A stretch of DNA of 63,960 bases, the filler included, from Atractiella rhizophila (lineage: Eukaryota), in assembly GCA_021432655.1 (NCBI GenBank). It is 4 parts of 4 records of this genome, joined end to end, with 100 filler letters (N's around TTAATTAATTAA, not from the genome) between each part and the next. Parts side by side here need not be neighbours in the genome. Positions count along the whole stretch, not along the records: positions 1 to 17,857 come from MU271869.1; 3 more parts are not named here. One strand, written 5' to 3'. The translations under genes were made by a program, and so were the position numbers. The notes beneath the pieces were generated by a model that was given only the letters and a program-made list of their open reading frames with translations, searched no databases and had not been told where the DNA came from. This document shows positions 1-13,139 of the stretch, in pieces; the stretch's first letter is position 1; every line of letters begins with the position of its first letter.

Positions 1-205
1 CCTGGGAAACGGCTCGCTCTGGGACAAGGTGTTGCCTCTTTCACACGTTTGTTTGTCGTTGTTTATATAAATTTACGATGGGCGCTTCTCGCTCCCCAGT
101 TCATTTGGGGTTGACCTTCTCGGGCTCAGCTTCTAGTTTATAAGGGCACGATCAGCATGCCTCGTCGTTGAGTTCCCCTCGTAGACCAGCTTCGGTATTC
201 GTGTG

Positions 206-2078
206 ATGATCTTCCAGTCCTCCTTTCGTCGTCCGTCCCTTCCCCAAATCTTCGCTCGTCGTGGTTCTACGACCCCAACTCCTCCGCTTCCTGCGGCAGA
301 TTCTTCCTCAATTACGAGTGCTGAGGCTCCATTTGCCTACCCTGTCATCAGTGGTAGACGGGGTTCCCTCACTCCCAATCCCATTTCGAAGGCTGCGAAG
401 CTCCTGGGTCGTCTCACGGTGTGTACCTCTCTTCCTCACCAAAAGCGCAAGTCTCACTCGATTTCGCAGCCAAACGCGAGCAAGGTCGATGTTTCCCTTC
501 CTCGGGGTTCCGGTCCAATCGAGAGTTTGCCCCAAGAAATCTTCCTCGTCGTCCTCGAGGAACTTTCTCGCGATGGCGACTCAGAAGGACGAGCAGCGAT
601 CGTCGCCTTGAGTTCGGTCAACAAACTCTTTCGACGACTGGCCATCCCTAAGCTCTTTACGATTTTGCAGTTCCCCAACAAGTTGATTCGGGACCACTTG
701 AAGGGGAAGAAGAACGCGACGCTCCTCAGCGACGAATACATGGTCTTCCCACGCGGGTTCAAGGTCGTGATCGACGCAGAATATGTGAAAGAAAGCTCAG
801 ATGGTGACTTGTTAGGGTTAGACAAACAATTTCGATTTCGTCATTAAGGAGTTGGCAAGAGTCCGATCGCCTTCATTCAACTACCTCAGCTTCGTGTTCA
901 AGAATGTCAAGCAGTCGTTCTGTCGTGACGCCTATCGGGCCGAAATCGACTCATTCTTTGCAAAGTTGTGCAGCGTCATCTCCACTCGGCTAGATGAAGA
1001 GGTCAAGGCGGAGTTGACGGTGGACCTCATTGGGAACGACCGCTGTACAGAGGGTTGCATCATCCCCTCTGTCGTGGAGAACATGGTCGCGCACTTCCCC
1101 CAACTCATCGACTTCAAAGTCACGTCATCATACATGCAGGAGACGAACCTCGAGGCATTGAAGAAGTGTGCGAATCTCCGTTCGCTTTCCGTCGTGTCGC
1201 ATGGACAGGAGCCGCCTGCTATCCCGCTCGGGANNNNNNNNNNNNNNNNNNNNNNNNNAAGGCGGAGTTGACGGTGGACCTCATTGGGAACGACCGCTGT
1301 ACAGAGGGTTGCATCATCCCCCTCTGTCGTGGAGAACATGGTCGCGCACTTCCCCCAACTCATCGACTTCAAAGTCACGTCATCATACATGCAGGAGACG
1401 AACCTCGAGGCATTGAAGAAGTGTGCGAATCTCCGTTCGCTTTCCGTCGTGTCGCATGGACAGGAGCCGCCTGCTATCCCGCTCGGGATGCAGTTGAAGC
1501 AACTGAAGGCACTTTCTATCGTGTACGACGAGGGATGTCGGTGCGGATGCGACCGATGGTTCGGCCACCATTTGGGTTCATCTTCTCCTCTTTGGTCGGG
1601 TGCATGTCCACGCTCGAGCGTCTTAAGCTGGACGTGGCCCTCGACGACGTACCTCCGCTTTCGGAGGTCGAAAGGCGGATCCTTGAGAAAGGAAAGATGA
1701 AATGGACCTCCTCTCTCCCATCTCGAACTCGACAACATCCTCGAACGGAACCCAAAACACAAAGATCGCCTCTGTCCTCGCTCTCTTTTCACAAGCTCCC
1801 ATCCGGAAACTCGTGTTCGGACAAAAGTTCCCTCACTCAGAACATCAGCCGGTGTTGGGAGAACCAGCTTCGGGACGTTGGATTCTTGCCACAATCAAAA
1901 GCGGGAGAGTTCAACCAATACCTTGCTTTTCGTCTTTCATCTCCTCCTCCAACATAAGAAGGCTGGGAGGTTCCCTAACTTGAGGACGGTCATCCTAAGG
2001 GGAGACATCCGTGCGGAGGCGATTGATTTGAGAAAGGAAAGACATGCTCTGCGTGCCGCCGGAGTGGAAGTGAGGTAG
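206..2078 (+). CDS. F-box-like protein with LRR-like C-terminus; model disrupted by an assembly overlap and apparent frameshifts
   Basis: IESLPQEIFLVVLEEL...LSSVNKLFRRLAIPKLF is an F-box-type motif. Downstream pieces (LKKCANLRSLSV, LERLKLDV, FPNLRTVILRG) lie in different frames between 1500 and 2078. Confidence 0.55.
1005..1488. repeat. ~229-bp direct duplication either side of a 25-N gap (unmerged contig overlap)
   Basis: 1005-1233 recurs at 1259-1488, differing by one extra C in a C-run. The gap 1234-1258 lies exactly between the copies. Confidence 0.9.
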
Positions 2079-2564
2079 ATGGTCCTCCAACTCGGAGCTT
2101 CTGTGTTGGGCCTCTGTCTGGGTTATACTTTGACTAGTTTCATGTTTATATTTAACAAACACTGTCGTCTTTGTTCACGGACGAGAAGCATCTCGTCCCA
2201 TCGTTTCATCCACCTTCGTCTCGCTCGCGGTTCGATTCCATGTTCATAATACGAAGTCATTAATCGCTCTGCCTGTAGTCTCTTTCTTTGCATGTAGGAG
2301 CAGCTACCATCTCCCATATACCGAGGTCAATAAAATGTCGAGGGATTATCGTATACTTATACGCATTCTCATTCACAGGAGTGAGGAAGTTCTCACAACA
2401 AAATCTGCATTACTTGCAATACTATAAGCCAACTCGCGAAAAAATCAATAACTGGCACTCTATCACAAAATCGAGGGAAAAAAGGCATAAAAGACCTGCA
2501 TCCCTTCATTCACCCACTCCCAATTCCATCTCCTCTCCGCTTCCCACGTGAACATGGACAGAAC

Positions 2565-3360
2565 TTAAACGCTCTGCAGTCCCTGATACTGGCTCTCCAC
2601 GCTTGGCTCAATGAGCGCGGCGTGTCCGAGGATCAAGACGGTGGATGAACCGACGATGTAGAAGAAGGTGGCAAAGGGACTGGCGAAGAAGAGGAGGGGG
2701 ATGCCGATGCAGAAGAGGGCAGTGTAGAGTCCTTTCATCCCAAACCGGGTTCATTCAGTCATAGTCATGGGGGGAGAAGACGTCAGTGTACCTTTTTGTG
2801 TCACCACTGTTCCTTGGACTTCAATGGGGTCCGCACCGAAACGGTTGATGAGGATGAAACCGCCTAATAAGATCCTTTAATGACAGCTTCAACTTCAAAG
2901 AGAGGAAGGTCTAGGTACCGAAGAGGAAGAAGAGTGCGAACTGCGCCGCAAGCCGGAATGGTGAGTGGCCGAGTTCTGGAAAGGCTGGATGAAAGACTCA
3001 CGAGCAGCCTCGGGTTGGTGAGGATGGCATAGAGCGCAAGGAGGATGACTACGACGCTATAGTTGCCGCTGAAAATTCGCGTGTTGTGACTGATCCTTGA
3101 GACTGCCTCATTCATGTTTTGTGGTCGGGAGATGCTGTCACCCACCGTCATGTCATTCATTAGCAAGCTAAAAAACCTTTTTGGAACTGTGGCGTACCGG
3201 TTGTGGTCGAACATCTCCCCCAGCGGCCTGAGGGTCGAAAGACGTGTCTCCTGCGTCTAGAATTGAGATTGTGTGAATGCCAAAGGAGCAAACGACTGAC
3301 CCTGAAGGACTGCAAGTATCCCGGAACGCTGGTCATCAAGCCAGTCATTTGGTCGGCCAT
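2565..3360 (-). CDS. YIP3: PRA1 family prenylated Rab acceptor (Yip3-like), multi-exon
   Basis: Spliced product contains LRPLGEMFD, ISRPQNMNEAVSRISHNTRIFSGNY, GLYTALFCIGIPLLFFASP and ILGHAALIEPSVES. Confidence 0.88.
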
Positions 3361-3671
3361 TGTCACTGATTTTGTTGTTGTTTGTTTTAAAGAGCGTTTC
3401 GAGGGAGTTGTGTGGAGGTTTTATAGGCCTGCTGTAGTGTGAAAGGCGTCGGTCGACTCGAGTATTCGTGGAAGAAGAAAGTGGACAGGAGCTGCGGACA
3501 GTGACTGTGAAGCCAGCTTCCCGTGCGCCCTCCCGCGACAACCTGCGCCCTCAGATCTTGACACGTCGCCACCTTCGCATCCAGCAATCTAACATATCCC
3601 AGCCTGTCAACCGCGAATCCAGCCAAAATTGACGCGACGCGGCACGGCACCCGTCAGCTATCTAATCAACT

Positions 3672-6600
3672 ATGATTATCCGCGCAGCCCTATCAGTAGG
3701 GCTGCTTCTGCTTTCCTCCTTACCTCCATCGCTCGCTGTCAAACGGGGCGACTTCAAGACCTGCGACCAGTCCGGTTTCTGTAGACGCAATCGAGGCCTC
3801 TCCACGCGTGCATCGGAGCATTCGACCGAATGGAGGAGTCCTTACTTTGTCCAGACTGTTGATTCGTCAAGTGGGACTTGGAAGGGAGAGGTGAAGAACG
3901 CACTGTTTCCGGAAGTTAAGTACGAGCTCGAGATAAGGGTGTTGAGGGATGGAACTGTGCGCGTACTCTTGGATGAGAAGGACGGGTTGAAGCAGAGATA
4001 TAATGAGACCTCCCGCTGGGCTTTGGTCGAGGAACCACTACTCATGTTGGAGGGAGGCGTGCAGTTCGGCGAGAAGGAGAATGAGAGCAAGATTTGGTTT
4101 GGACGGCATAGTATGGTCCGAGTTCAGCACAATCCGTTGAAGGTGGAGTTCTTCAGAGACGGACAGCCACACGTGGTGCTTAATGAAGGCGGACTCTTCA
4201 ATATGGAACATTTCAGGGTCAAGAGCCAGAACGCCGCAGAGGAAGTGGAGGAAAAGGAAGAACAGGAGGAGGGCACGGGAGAAGGTGTAGGAGTGAAGGT
4301 CAAAGGGTTCGTGAACCAAAATGAAGAGAAGGAGAAGGTCGTGCTCCAGAAGCCACAAAAGATCAACGTCCCTGGATCCGTTGATTACCCTCACTTTCTG
4401 CCCGAAGATGAAAACGGGATGTGGGAGGAGAGTTTTGGAGGAAAAACGGACTCTAAGCCTAAAGGTTCGCATCAGTTCTCTCTTCCCACAAGAGTCTTGT
4501 TGAATATGCACAGGACCCGAATCTCTGAGTATGGATATCACCTTTCTCGGATACGAGCACGTCTATGGTATTCCCGAGCATGCTTCGCCTCTCTCTCTGC
4601 GCACCACAAAAGGTGGTGACAACGCATATACGGACCCTTACCGTTTGTTCAACCTCGACGTGTTCGAGTACGAGGCCGATTCCGAGATGGCGCTCTATGG
4701 TGCTGTGCCCTTCATGAAAGCACATCGTCCTTCTTCCACCGTCGGAGTCCTATGGTTGAACGGCGCGGAGACATGGGTCGACATTGAGAAGGGAGAGACT
4801 GGGAAGGCAGTGAAAGATTCTTGGAACGCAGGAAAGTTCAAGCATGGCGGACCGGAGGACAGGACGACGAAGACGCACTGGATGAGCGAGAGCGGTATCC
4901 TCGACCTTTTCGTCTTCCTCGGACCCTCGAATGAAGATATCTTCACCTCCTACGCTAGATTGACTGGAACTACAGCCCTTCCTCAGTACTTCGCCATCGG
5001 CCATCACCAGTGTCGATGGAACTACTTGTCACAGGAAGACGTACTTGAAGTCTCCCGCAAATTTGACGAGTTTGACATTCCAATGGATGTAATTTGGTTG
5101 GATATCGAATATGCAGAAGAGCACAAGTACTTTGTGTGGAACAAACGGTCGTTTCCTGATCCAGAGAAGATGCAGGAAGGTCTTGCGGAGAGGGGAAGGA
5201 AGTTGGTCGCGATCGTTGATCCTCATATTAAGAAGACGAACGATTTGTATGTCTATACCGAAGCAAAGGAGCACGATGTTTTGGTGAAGGATAAGGATGG
5301 AAAAGAATTTCAGGGTTGGTGTTGGACTGGTGATAGCGCTTGGGTCGACTACTTCAATCCCAAGAGCTTTGATTGGTGGGCCAGTCTCTTCAAGTTCGAC
5401 AAATTCAAGGTTTGTCTCCTCCACTTAACGAGCGGCCGAACGTCTTGGCTTACTTCGAATGAAACAGGGATCCACAAAGAACCTCTTCATTTGGAATGAT
5501 ATGAACGAGCCCTCCGTCTTCAATGGTCCAGAGATCACCTTCCCTCGTGATGTAGTACACCATGGCGGTTGGGAGAACAGGTGTGATTCCTCTCATCATT
5601 ACCAAATCTTATCACAAAACTGACGAGAAGAAAGAGACGTGCACAACATAAATGGCATGGTCTATCACAACCTGACCTCTCAAGCCTTGATCCAGCGAGA
5701 AGATACGCCGAAGAGACCTTTCGTCCTCTCACGTTCTTTCTTCGCCGGTTCGCAACGATATGGAGCCATTTGGACGGGCGATAATATGGGTTATTGGTCT
5801 CATCTTGCGCACGCACCAGCTATGATACTTGCAAACTCGATTGCAGGTATCAACTTCATTGGTGGTGAGTCTACTCACTTCCGATTTATCTCCTTCCTCT
5901 GGTAACATCATCAGTCACTGACATATGCTTTGATGGGTGAACAGCCGACGTCGGTGGTTTCTTTGGTGACCCGTCTCCTGAACTCCTCGTCAGGTGGTAT
6001 CAGATGGGTGCCTTCCACCCCTTCTTCCGAGCTCACGCACATATTGATACCAAGCGTCGGGAGCCGTATCTCTTCGACGAGCCGATCAGAGGTCATATCC
6101 GGGACGCAGTACGTCTCAGATACTCTCTCCTCCCGACCTGGTACAGCGCCTTCTTCGAGGCTAACAACCTTGGGTTTCCAATCGCCAGGTGCGCCGTTCC
6201 TACTATGTACCTTCGTGGCTCACATTCTGACGATGAATGACAGACCTCAATATGTCGTCTTCCCTGATGACAAGGATGGATTTGCTGTTGACGATCAATA
6301 TTTCATCGGAAGCTCTGGCCTTCTCGTGAAGCCTGTTACACAGGAAGGAGCGACGGAGACGAGTGTCTACCTAGCTGGAGTTGATGTGCGTTATTTTGTT
6401 CAACGCCGGCTCTTTGCTAATGAGGTTTGATATTAGCCATATTACAACTACTTTACCAACGACATCTTCTACGGTCCTGGACGCGTCGACTTTCCCGCGC
6501 CGCTCGATACTGTACCTCTCTTCCAACGTGGTGGATCCATTCTCTCGAGGCGAGACACAATCCGCCGTTCCGCTCCTTTGATGTGGAAAGACCCTCTCAC

Positions 6601-8720
6601 CTTGGTCGTCGCGATCGACAGAGACAATTCATCTGCTCGAGGACAGTTCTACATGGATGATGGCGAGTCGTACAACAATGAACAGGGGCAGTTCGTCTGG
6701 CGTCACTTCAACTTTGGACCCGACGCAGACAATAAATCCAACCTACTCTTCCACAATACTGATGGAGGTGGAATTCCTGGGACTTCTCGTTCATTACAGA
6801 AGGGAGTCGCAGTCTACGATCCAGACTACAACAACGAGTATGCAAAGGTGATGAGGGTCGTCACCGTCGACACTATCGAAGTTTTAGGTCTACCTTCAAA
6901 ACCGAAATGCCTCAAGTTGTCTGGAAGGGACCAACCTGTCCATTTCGAATATCTCGATGGCTTCAGCTCGTACGCTGGTCCGAAAAAGAGCGGAGTCGGA
7001 AGAAGGGCAAGCAAACTCATAATCAAGGACTTAAAGGCTCCGATTTCTGAGGAATGGCGCATCGAATTTGTGATGTACGGTGAGGCCTGTCAGGTCCCTC
7101 CTGCTCTTCCAGATCGTCAAACAGCTCTCCAGTCTCCGCTCTGTCCTCCCAACCACTTCCGCTGTGCCAACACAGGCCATATTCCTGCTTGCATCCTCAC
7201 TTCTCGCGTTGATGATGGGCTTTGCGACCCTGAGTGTTGCGATGGTTCCGATGAGCGAGATGGGAAAGTATCTTGTCCTAACAGATGCCAAGAGGTCGGC
7301 GCAGAGCATCGAAAGAAGCTAGAGGAAGAGAACAGGAAGTTTAGAGTGGGCGGAAAGGTTCGAGGCGATTACATCAAGTTTGGGCAGAAGGAGAAGGAGA
7401 CTCTTCAAGGCACTATCGATGCGCTTCAGGCTTCGCTCAGCACTTTGGAGGTGAAGGAAAAGAAGGCGAAGGCAGAATTGGATAGATTGGAGGCAGAATC
7501 AGCATCAGAATCGAAACGGAAGATGGAGTCAAAGCTTTACAAGAGGTTGCAGGAACACCAAACTGCCATTGCGACTCTGCGTCAACAGAAAGCCGATCTC
7601 GAGACCGACCTGGCTGAACTCAGTTCCATTCTGAATGACCTCTCGGTAGGTTGTTCTAGCCTTTCGTACTCCTTCTGACCGCCATTGATAGCGCGACTTC
7701 AACCCCAATTATCAAGATATGGCGGTCCTCGGTGCTACTCGAGCTTTTACTGAATGGAAAGAAAGCAGGGCAGCTCAGTTGGGAGAGGAGGGCATCGAAA
7801 TCGAAGGAGACGAAGACGAGGACAGCAACGATGTGACAAAGTTTTCTGACGATGACCTGGATGCGATTGAGAAGGAAGACCTGCTAGAACTTATCGACAG
7901 CCTATCCCCCTCCTCTGAAACACCTAAGCCCGCTCAGAGCCAGCCCAGTGGTCTGATAGCAACGATTGATGGATGGAAGACATCTGTGTTCAACATTTTA
8001 GAGCTTGCAGGAGTGATCTCTCAGGATGAATCGTCTTCGTCTCCTGATACGAGTGAGAGACCCGAGGTCGCAAAGGCGAGAAAGAGACATTCGGACGCTC
8101 AGGCAGAACTGGAAAAGGCGAAGAGGGAAATCGAGGATAAGAAGAAGGAGGTCGAGAAAAATTTCGGGAGGGAGTGGGAGTTCAAGAAGCTTGATGGCAC
8201 CTGTCTGGAGAAGGATACCGGAGAGTAGGTGTTTCTTGCTTCTCCCATTTAAGAGCCACGTCCTCATGGATGGTCATAGGTACACGTATGATGTCTGCCT
8301 CTTCCAGGAAGCACATCAAAAGTCGAACAAAGGTCACGGCTCCACATCACTTGGGTTCGTTTACTTCTCCTTGCTTGCACAACTCACTAATCACACCAAA
8401 CCATGAATCAGAAAATTCTCCTCCTGGTCTACAGGGGACGAATCTCCATCCTCAGACGAATACTACATGAAGCAAGTATATTCCAAAGGCGCGCGCTGCT
8501 GGAACGGTCCAGAACGCAGCGTCAAGATCGACCTCGTCTGTGGAACACAAAATGCGCTGCTTTCGGTAGTCGAACCGAACAAGTGCGAGTATTTATACAA
8601 AGGTCCGTCTTCCTTCTTTTGTTCTGAGACGTCGTTGAGATGATGGCAACAGTCTCTACCCCGGCGGTGTGTTGGCCAAGGGCTGATGCGGAGGAGACGA
8701 GGCAAAAGGAGGAACTTTGA
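3672..8720 (+). CDS. ROT2: ER glucosidase II alpha subunit (GH31) fused to glucosidase II beta subunit; 11 exons, 1497 aa
   Basis: Signal peptide, then [32 protein letters not shown], catalytic [23 protein letters not shown] and FFRAHAH. Exons 3672-4464, 4514-5409, 5468-5580, 5635-5864, 5945-6188, 6244-6385, 6437-7645, 7692-8224, 8280-8354, 8412-8602, 8653-8720. All introns are GT-AG; the exons total 4494 nt, in frame. Confidence 0.93.
7135..8720 (+). other. GTB1: Glucosidase II beta (PRKCSH/GTB1) moiety of the fusion gene
   Basis: [33 protein letters not shown], a coiled coil, [10 protein letters not shown], an MRH domain ([14 protein letters not shown]...[11 protein letters not shown]...EPNKCEY...TPAVC) and terminal KEEL. 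Confidence 0.92.
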
Positions 8721-8995
8721 ACTCACATCCACATACCAGTCTGAGCGTTGTAGATATCTATCATTCATAAGTAAGGACTCATCCATATCGCATTCAATCT
8801 CATTCAAACTTCAACGCTTCGAGTCCTTTGCAACCTTTGACATGCCTGGATTGCAAACAAAAAGGGAACGGAGGAAGAGAGGCCATGCACGAATAACACG
8901 AAGTATTGTAGAAACTCGAAATCATACAAAGACTCATATCTCCAGTCGATCAACATTTACTTTTAAGCCGTCCACACAAACCGCTCACTGGCAAT

Positions 8996-10197
8996 CTATT
9001 CCTTCTTCTTAACCACCACACCCCCCGTACCGGAACAGCTCCCCGGTCGTTGCGCCAGCTCTTTGAGAGCGCCAAGCATCGCTTCCCGCGCTTTTTCGGA
9101 AAGTAATTCGATGTCTTCGTGCGACGACGTGAAACCCTTGGTCTCTATTGGCTCCAGGACTGATGCACCACAAGACGGGGGATCAGCGACGGGAAGAGAG
9201 TAGGAGATAGGAACGCACCTTTGATATGAGCTTCACCAGGTTCGAAGAGCGAGTTTTTGAGCTGGAACATGTTCCAATACTAGGCAGAAACAAAGTTTCA
9301 TGAGCACACTGAAATATGTAAGGAGAAAGGAGTACGTTTTCACAGACCACCGGTATTATTGGCACTTGCTGTAACCATCCGCGACCTCAGTTCCTGCCAC
9401 GCTCGACCAACGGGGAAGAGAGAACGCACCGCCTGAACAGCCAAATGGAATGCTCCTTTCTTGAAGGGCAGCAAATCAGGACCTTGAGCATTGCTCCTCG
9501 TGCCCTCTACAAAGATGACTGGGCAAGTCTGCATCTCATGCATCTCCTTCGCCGCCTTCGCAAACGTCTTGATAGCCTTCTCCCTGCTCGCCCGCTCGAC
9601 CAAGATAGCCCGACTGGCCCAAAGGTAGGGGCCGAGGATGGGGAGCCACAGGAGCTCCTTCTTGGCCATGATGGACGTCCCCCTCTGCATGACCTTTCCG
9701 AGGATGAGGACGTCGATCATGCTCTGGTGGTTGAGGATGATGACGCAGGGCTTGGATTGGGTCAGACGCTCTTCGTTGTGGATGGTCAGCTTCCAGGAGA
9801 CGAGGGGCGAGGTGATGGCGTAGAAGGTACGGGCGACGTAGAGGTTGATGTTGCGCCGTTGGCCGAGGATGGGGAGGACGATGGAGAGGAAGACGCCGAA
9901 GAAACTGGTGAATGTCAACGTCGACAAGTACGCCGTCACTCTGAGCCTGGCGACCACAGCACGCAACGAATGAGCTCTGATACCCTCTCATGGCGAATTT
10001 GATGGGGGAACGCACCAATACCGCATCTTTTGTGAAAACCGGGCCAAAATCATGACAGGGATTGCCCCAAAGATCCCCCTGAGCAACCGAGTTGACAATC
10101 CAGCTCCTGAAGCGCTAGTCAGGGGGAGGGACATGAATACGCTTGCTGCTGAGTACACAAGGAGGGGGGGCAGGAGGAGGACCACCGTGCGAAACAT
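8996..10197 (-). CDS. SLC1: 1-acyl-sn-glycerol-3-phosphate acyltransferase, multi-exon
   Basis: Acyltransferase motifs NHQSMID, AKKEL, FVEGTRS, PFKKGAFHLAVQA and PIIPVVCEN. Confidence 0.92.
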
Positions 10198-11096
10198 AGA
10201 GTCGTCGTTTTGCTTCTCGACTTGCTCAACGCTTTGGCTTTCAGCTTGCGTTCGTGTCGGGCCGAAAGAATTCACAGAGTTCGGGTGATTAATGTGTTCG
10301 ATCAACTTCTACCCGGATCTTTTTCTCCATATCTCAAAGCAGAGAAGAATGTTGGATTTGTATGCTTTGTAGCATGAGAACTGACAGGAGAGGCGGCCTA
10401 TTGTCTACTGAACTGTAATCTTGAATACGAGAGCAACGATGGCCGCAACAACCTCAGACATATTGCAATCGCTGCTTGTTTTTCAGTAAACTGTCCGTTT
10501 GTCTCCAAACCTCCAACCAACTTCTCAGGTCAGGTTCAGGTGTAACACCCACCAAGAGAAGAATCGTCGAGTAGCGCAACTCAGTCTGAAGAGAAGGCGT
10601 TACTTCCCGCAACATGTTGACAACACCTTCTTTCTTCGCTCCGCTTGCCATGCCAACACCAACACCAACTTTACTTTAAGCACCAGACCATGAACTCCCA
10701 GTCATTCACTCCAAGGTTGATGACCGTGTTCTGAGGGCTGACGTGCTCCAGCATCTGCGCAAACTATGAGCTCCAGGTGCTGCTGATCGTCGATAACGCA
10801 ACACAAAGTCGATCGATGGACTGGAGAAGCAGAAGCAGCAAGGACAGATTTGGCAGATATCCTCTCGTTTCTCTCTCAACTTACGTAGAGCCATACTCAA
10901 TAATCTTCCCTCCTCTTTCCCGTGATGTTGCATTCATCCCTTCCCCGAATCGCCACTCGCGAGTAAACAAAACTCACTTTCCTCAAACTTGCAACCTGAT
11001 TCGAGCCACATGTTAAACAATACATTCATTCCTCAACACCTCCCTCCTTTCTTCGCACAATATCTAGGATGAAATGTGAGGGGAAATAAGGGACGA

Positions 11097-11516
11097 TCAA
11101 GCCTGAACGACCTCTCCCGAATTGACCGTCTTTCCCGTCTTCTTGATCTTCTCCAACACTGTCTCATAAGGAGCGCTCGCGTTCGCATTGACTATGACCT
11201 CCTGTTTCTCAAGCGAGATGTCGAAGGATTCCACGCCTGCGACCGCCACGCCACCGCCATCGCCATCGTCGCCATCGGATTTAGTCAGCGTGTGCCATCT
11301 TCGTTTTGGGGATTGATTTGGGGATTTGGGGATTGGAAGCGAGTGTGAAGAGCAGATACACACCTTCCGTCTTCTTCAGAACGCGCTCGACGGCCCCTGA
11401 GCAGCCGGTGCAGGTCATGGTTACGTTGAATTTGTAGGTCTGCTCCCCATGCATCGATCAGTGTCCTCTGTTGCTTCAGGTTATTGGTTTGTTAGAAGCA
11501 GGCGCACCTGAGACAT
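11097..11516 (-). CDS. ATX1: Copper chaperone Atx1 (HMA domain), 3 exons
   Basis: MSQ|TYKFNVTMTCTGCSGAVERVLKKTEG|VESFDISLEKQEV...VLEKIKKTGK, with the MxCxxC and KTGK motifs. Confidence 0.93.
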
Positions 11517-11750
11517 TCTGATTGTTTCTTGAGGAGATTTGGAACTCTCTTGACGATTTATATATTGCGTACTGCGAGGACGATGGTTGTAAGCAAAGCA
11601 AAGAGATGAACCGATAGGGTAGATGACTCATGGACCTAACTTAGCAACCACCTTGTCTTTTGCATTGACCATTGAGAATTGTTCCACCATCTCAATAAAC
11701 TCACCATTTCTGATCATTCTCAGCAGGACATATCTGAGGAATAGCCAGAG

Positions 11751-13139
11751 ATGCCATCACTATCGACCACATACACGCTAGCGACAGCCTCCTCCCGCCT
11801 GCCATCTCTCCCGTCCAACCCACGCTCCGGCATCTCTCTTCCCTCAATGCCCTCGATGCCGTCCCTTCCCTCTCTCCCATCCATGTCATCAGACCCCAAA
11901 CCATCATCCTCCTCTTCCTCCAGAACAAGGCCGAGCAGATCACGCACCGGATATGCCGACGAAGACGAGGGAGGATACACCCAATGGGCGTCGCGGCACA
12001 CCTCCTCCGCCTCCTCCTCCTCCCGCACACGTCCAAAAGATACCTCCACACTCTCCTCTTCCTCATCATCCACCTCCCGACCGGTGCGTCCGCGCTCCAA
12101 ATCGACGTCGGATCGCGTGCCGTTGCGGGAGGCGAGGACGAAGGAGAGGGAGGAGGAGCGGCCGGCGTTGCCTGAGAATGCGGGGTATTACGAGAAGATG
12201 AAAGCGTGGGCGACGAGTCCGGAGGGTGGAGAGGCGTATGCGGAGAAGGCGGCGGAGGGGTGGAGTTACTTGAAGAAGCGGGTGGTGGGTGAGAGGAATC
12301 CTGGTGCGTTTTCCTCACTGTTTTGCTTGTGTTATAGGAAGGTGGTTGATGGAGTTCTTTGCGTTGGTGGTGGTGATGATGATGTAGAGAATGGGGATGA
12401 AGAGGAGGGAAATGCGACGAGGGGGTATCAAGGAAATGAGAAGGGTGGGAGTAAGATGTGGGACTCGCTCATGACGAATGTCCAACGGACAGTTAAGCGA
12501 GCGAAAGACAAATACGTCGACGGTCGCGCCGGTACGTTTCCCTCATCCATCCATCTATTCATACCTTCTCTGTAGAAACTGATTTGGGGAATGGCAGATT
12601 CGGACGCGTCGGACTATGAAGGCGAGAGCCACCTGACGCGTATCATGAAAGAGCACCACGTCTCAAAAGCGACCAAGACCTCCGACCTCCCCCGCTGGCT
12701 CTTCAGCGACGCCGAGCTTCGAGGGAAGCGGGAGGCTGAGGACGGCGTTCGGGTTGCGAAGGAACGGAAGGAGAGGGAGGAGAGGGAGAAGGAGTGGGCG
12801 GAGAAGGAGGAGAAGAGGTTGAGGGAGTTGGATGGGAAGAGGAGGAATCGGTCTGCGACCTCGAACAGTCAGGCTAGTCAGGGAAGAGCGAGTGTGAGGG
12901 ATAGGGAGGGAGAGAAGGAGAGGGACGAGTATGATCCGTTTGCGGAGGATAATTATGCGTCGATGAGAGAGGGGAGGAGGGGCGGTGGTGCGCTTAAGGA
13001 TATATTTAATTCGGTATCGGTGGAACAGGGAAGTGGTGGCAGCGAGGTCAGTGTCGATTCGGGATATGCGAGTGTGGGCGGAGGGAGGGGGAGGACGGAA
13101 GATAAGTTGAGGGCGATGAAGAGCCAGAGGAGGAGGTGA
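11751..13139 (+). CDS. Low-complexity hypothetical protein with an Mso1-like (Sec1-binding-type) segment, spliced
   Basis: Long Ser/Pro- and Glu/Arg-rich ORFs joined by GT-AG introns. ESHLTRIMKEHH...DLPRWLF resembles the Mso1 N-terminal motif (recall only). Confidence 0.55.

Noticed and set aside
1005..1488. Apparent tandem exon duplication in the F-box gene
   Set aside because: The copies are identical except for one homopolymer base and abut a 25-N gap, which indicates an unmerged contig overlap.
1500..2078. Multiple frame changes suggesting programmed frameshifting or a pseudogene
   Set aside because: The stretch lies at a low-quality contig end, so sequencing indels are the simpler explanation.
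3361..3671. Short divergent promoter shared by the PRA1 and glucosidase II genes
   Set aside because: Compact head-to-head spacing is ordinary in such genomes, and there is no evidence of co-regulation.
10300..11050. Intron-like signals and a TGATGA...CTGA pair (~10718-10734) suggesting a snoRNA host or small gene
   Set aside because: I could not identify a complete C/D structure, an rRNA guide or a consistent reading frame.
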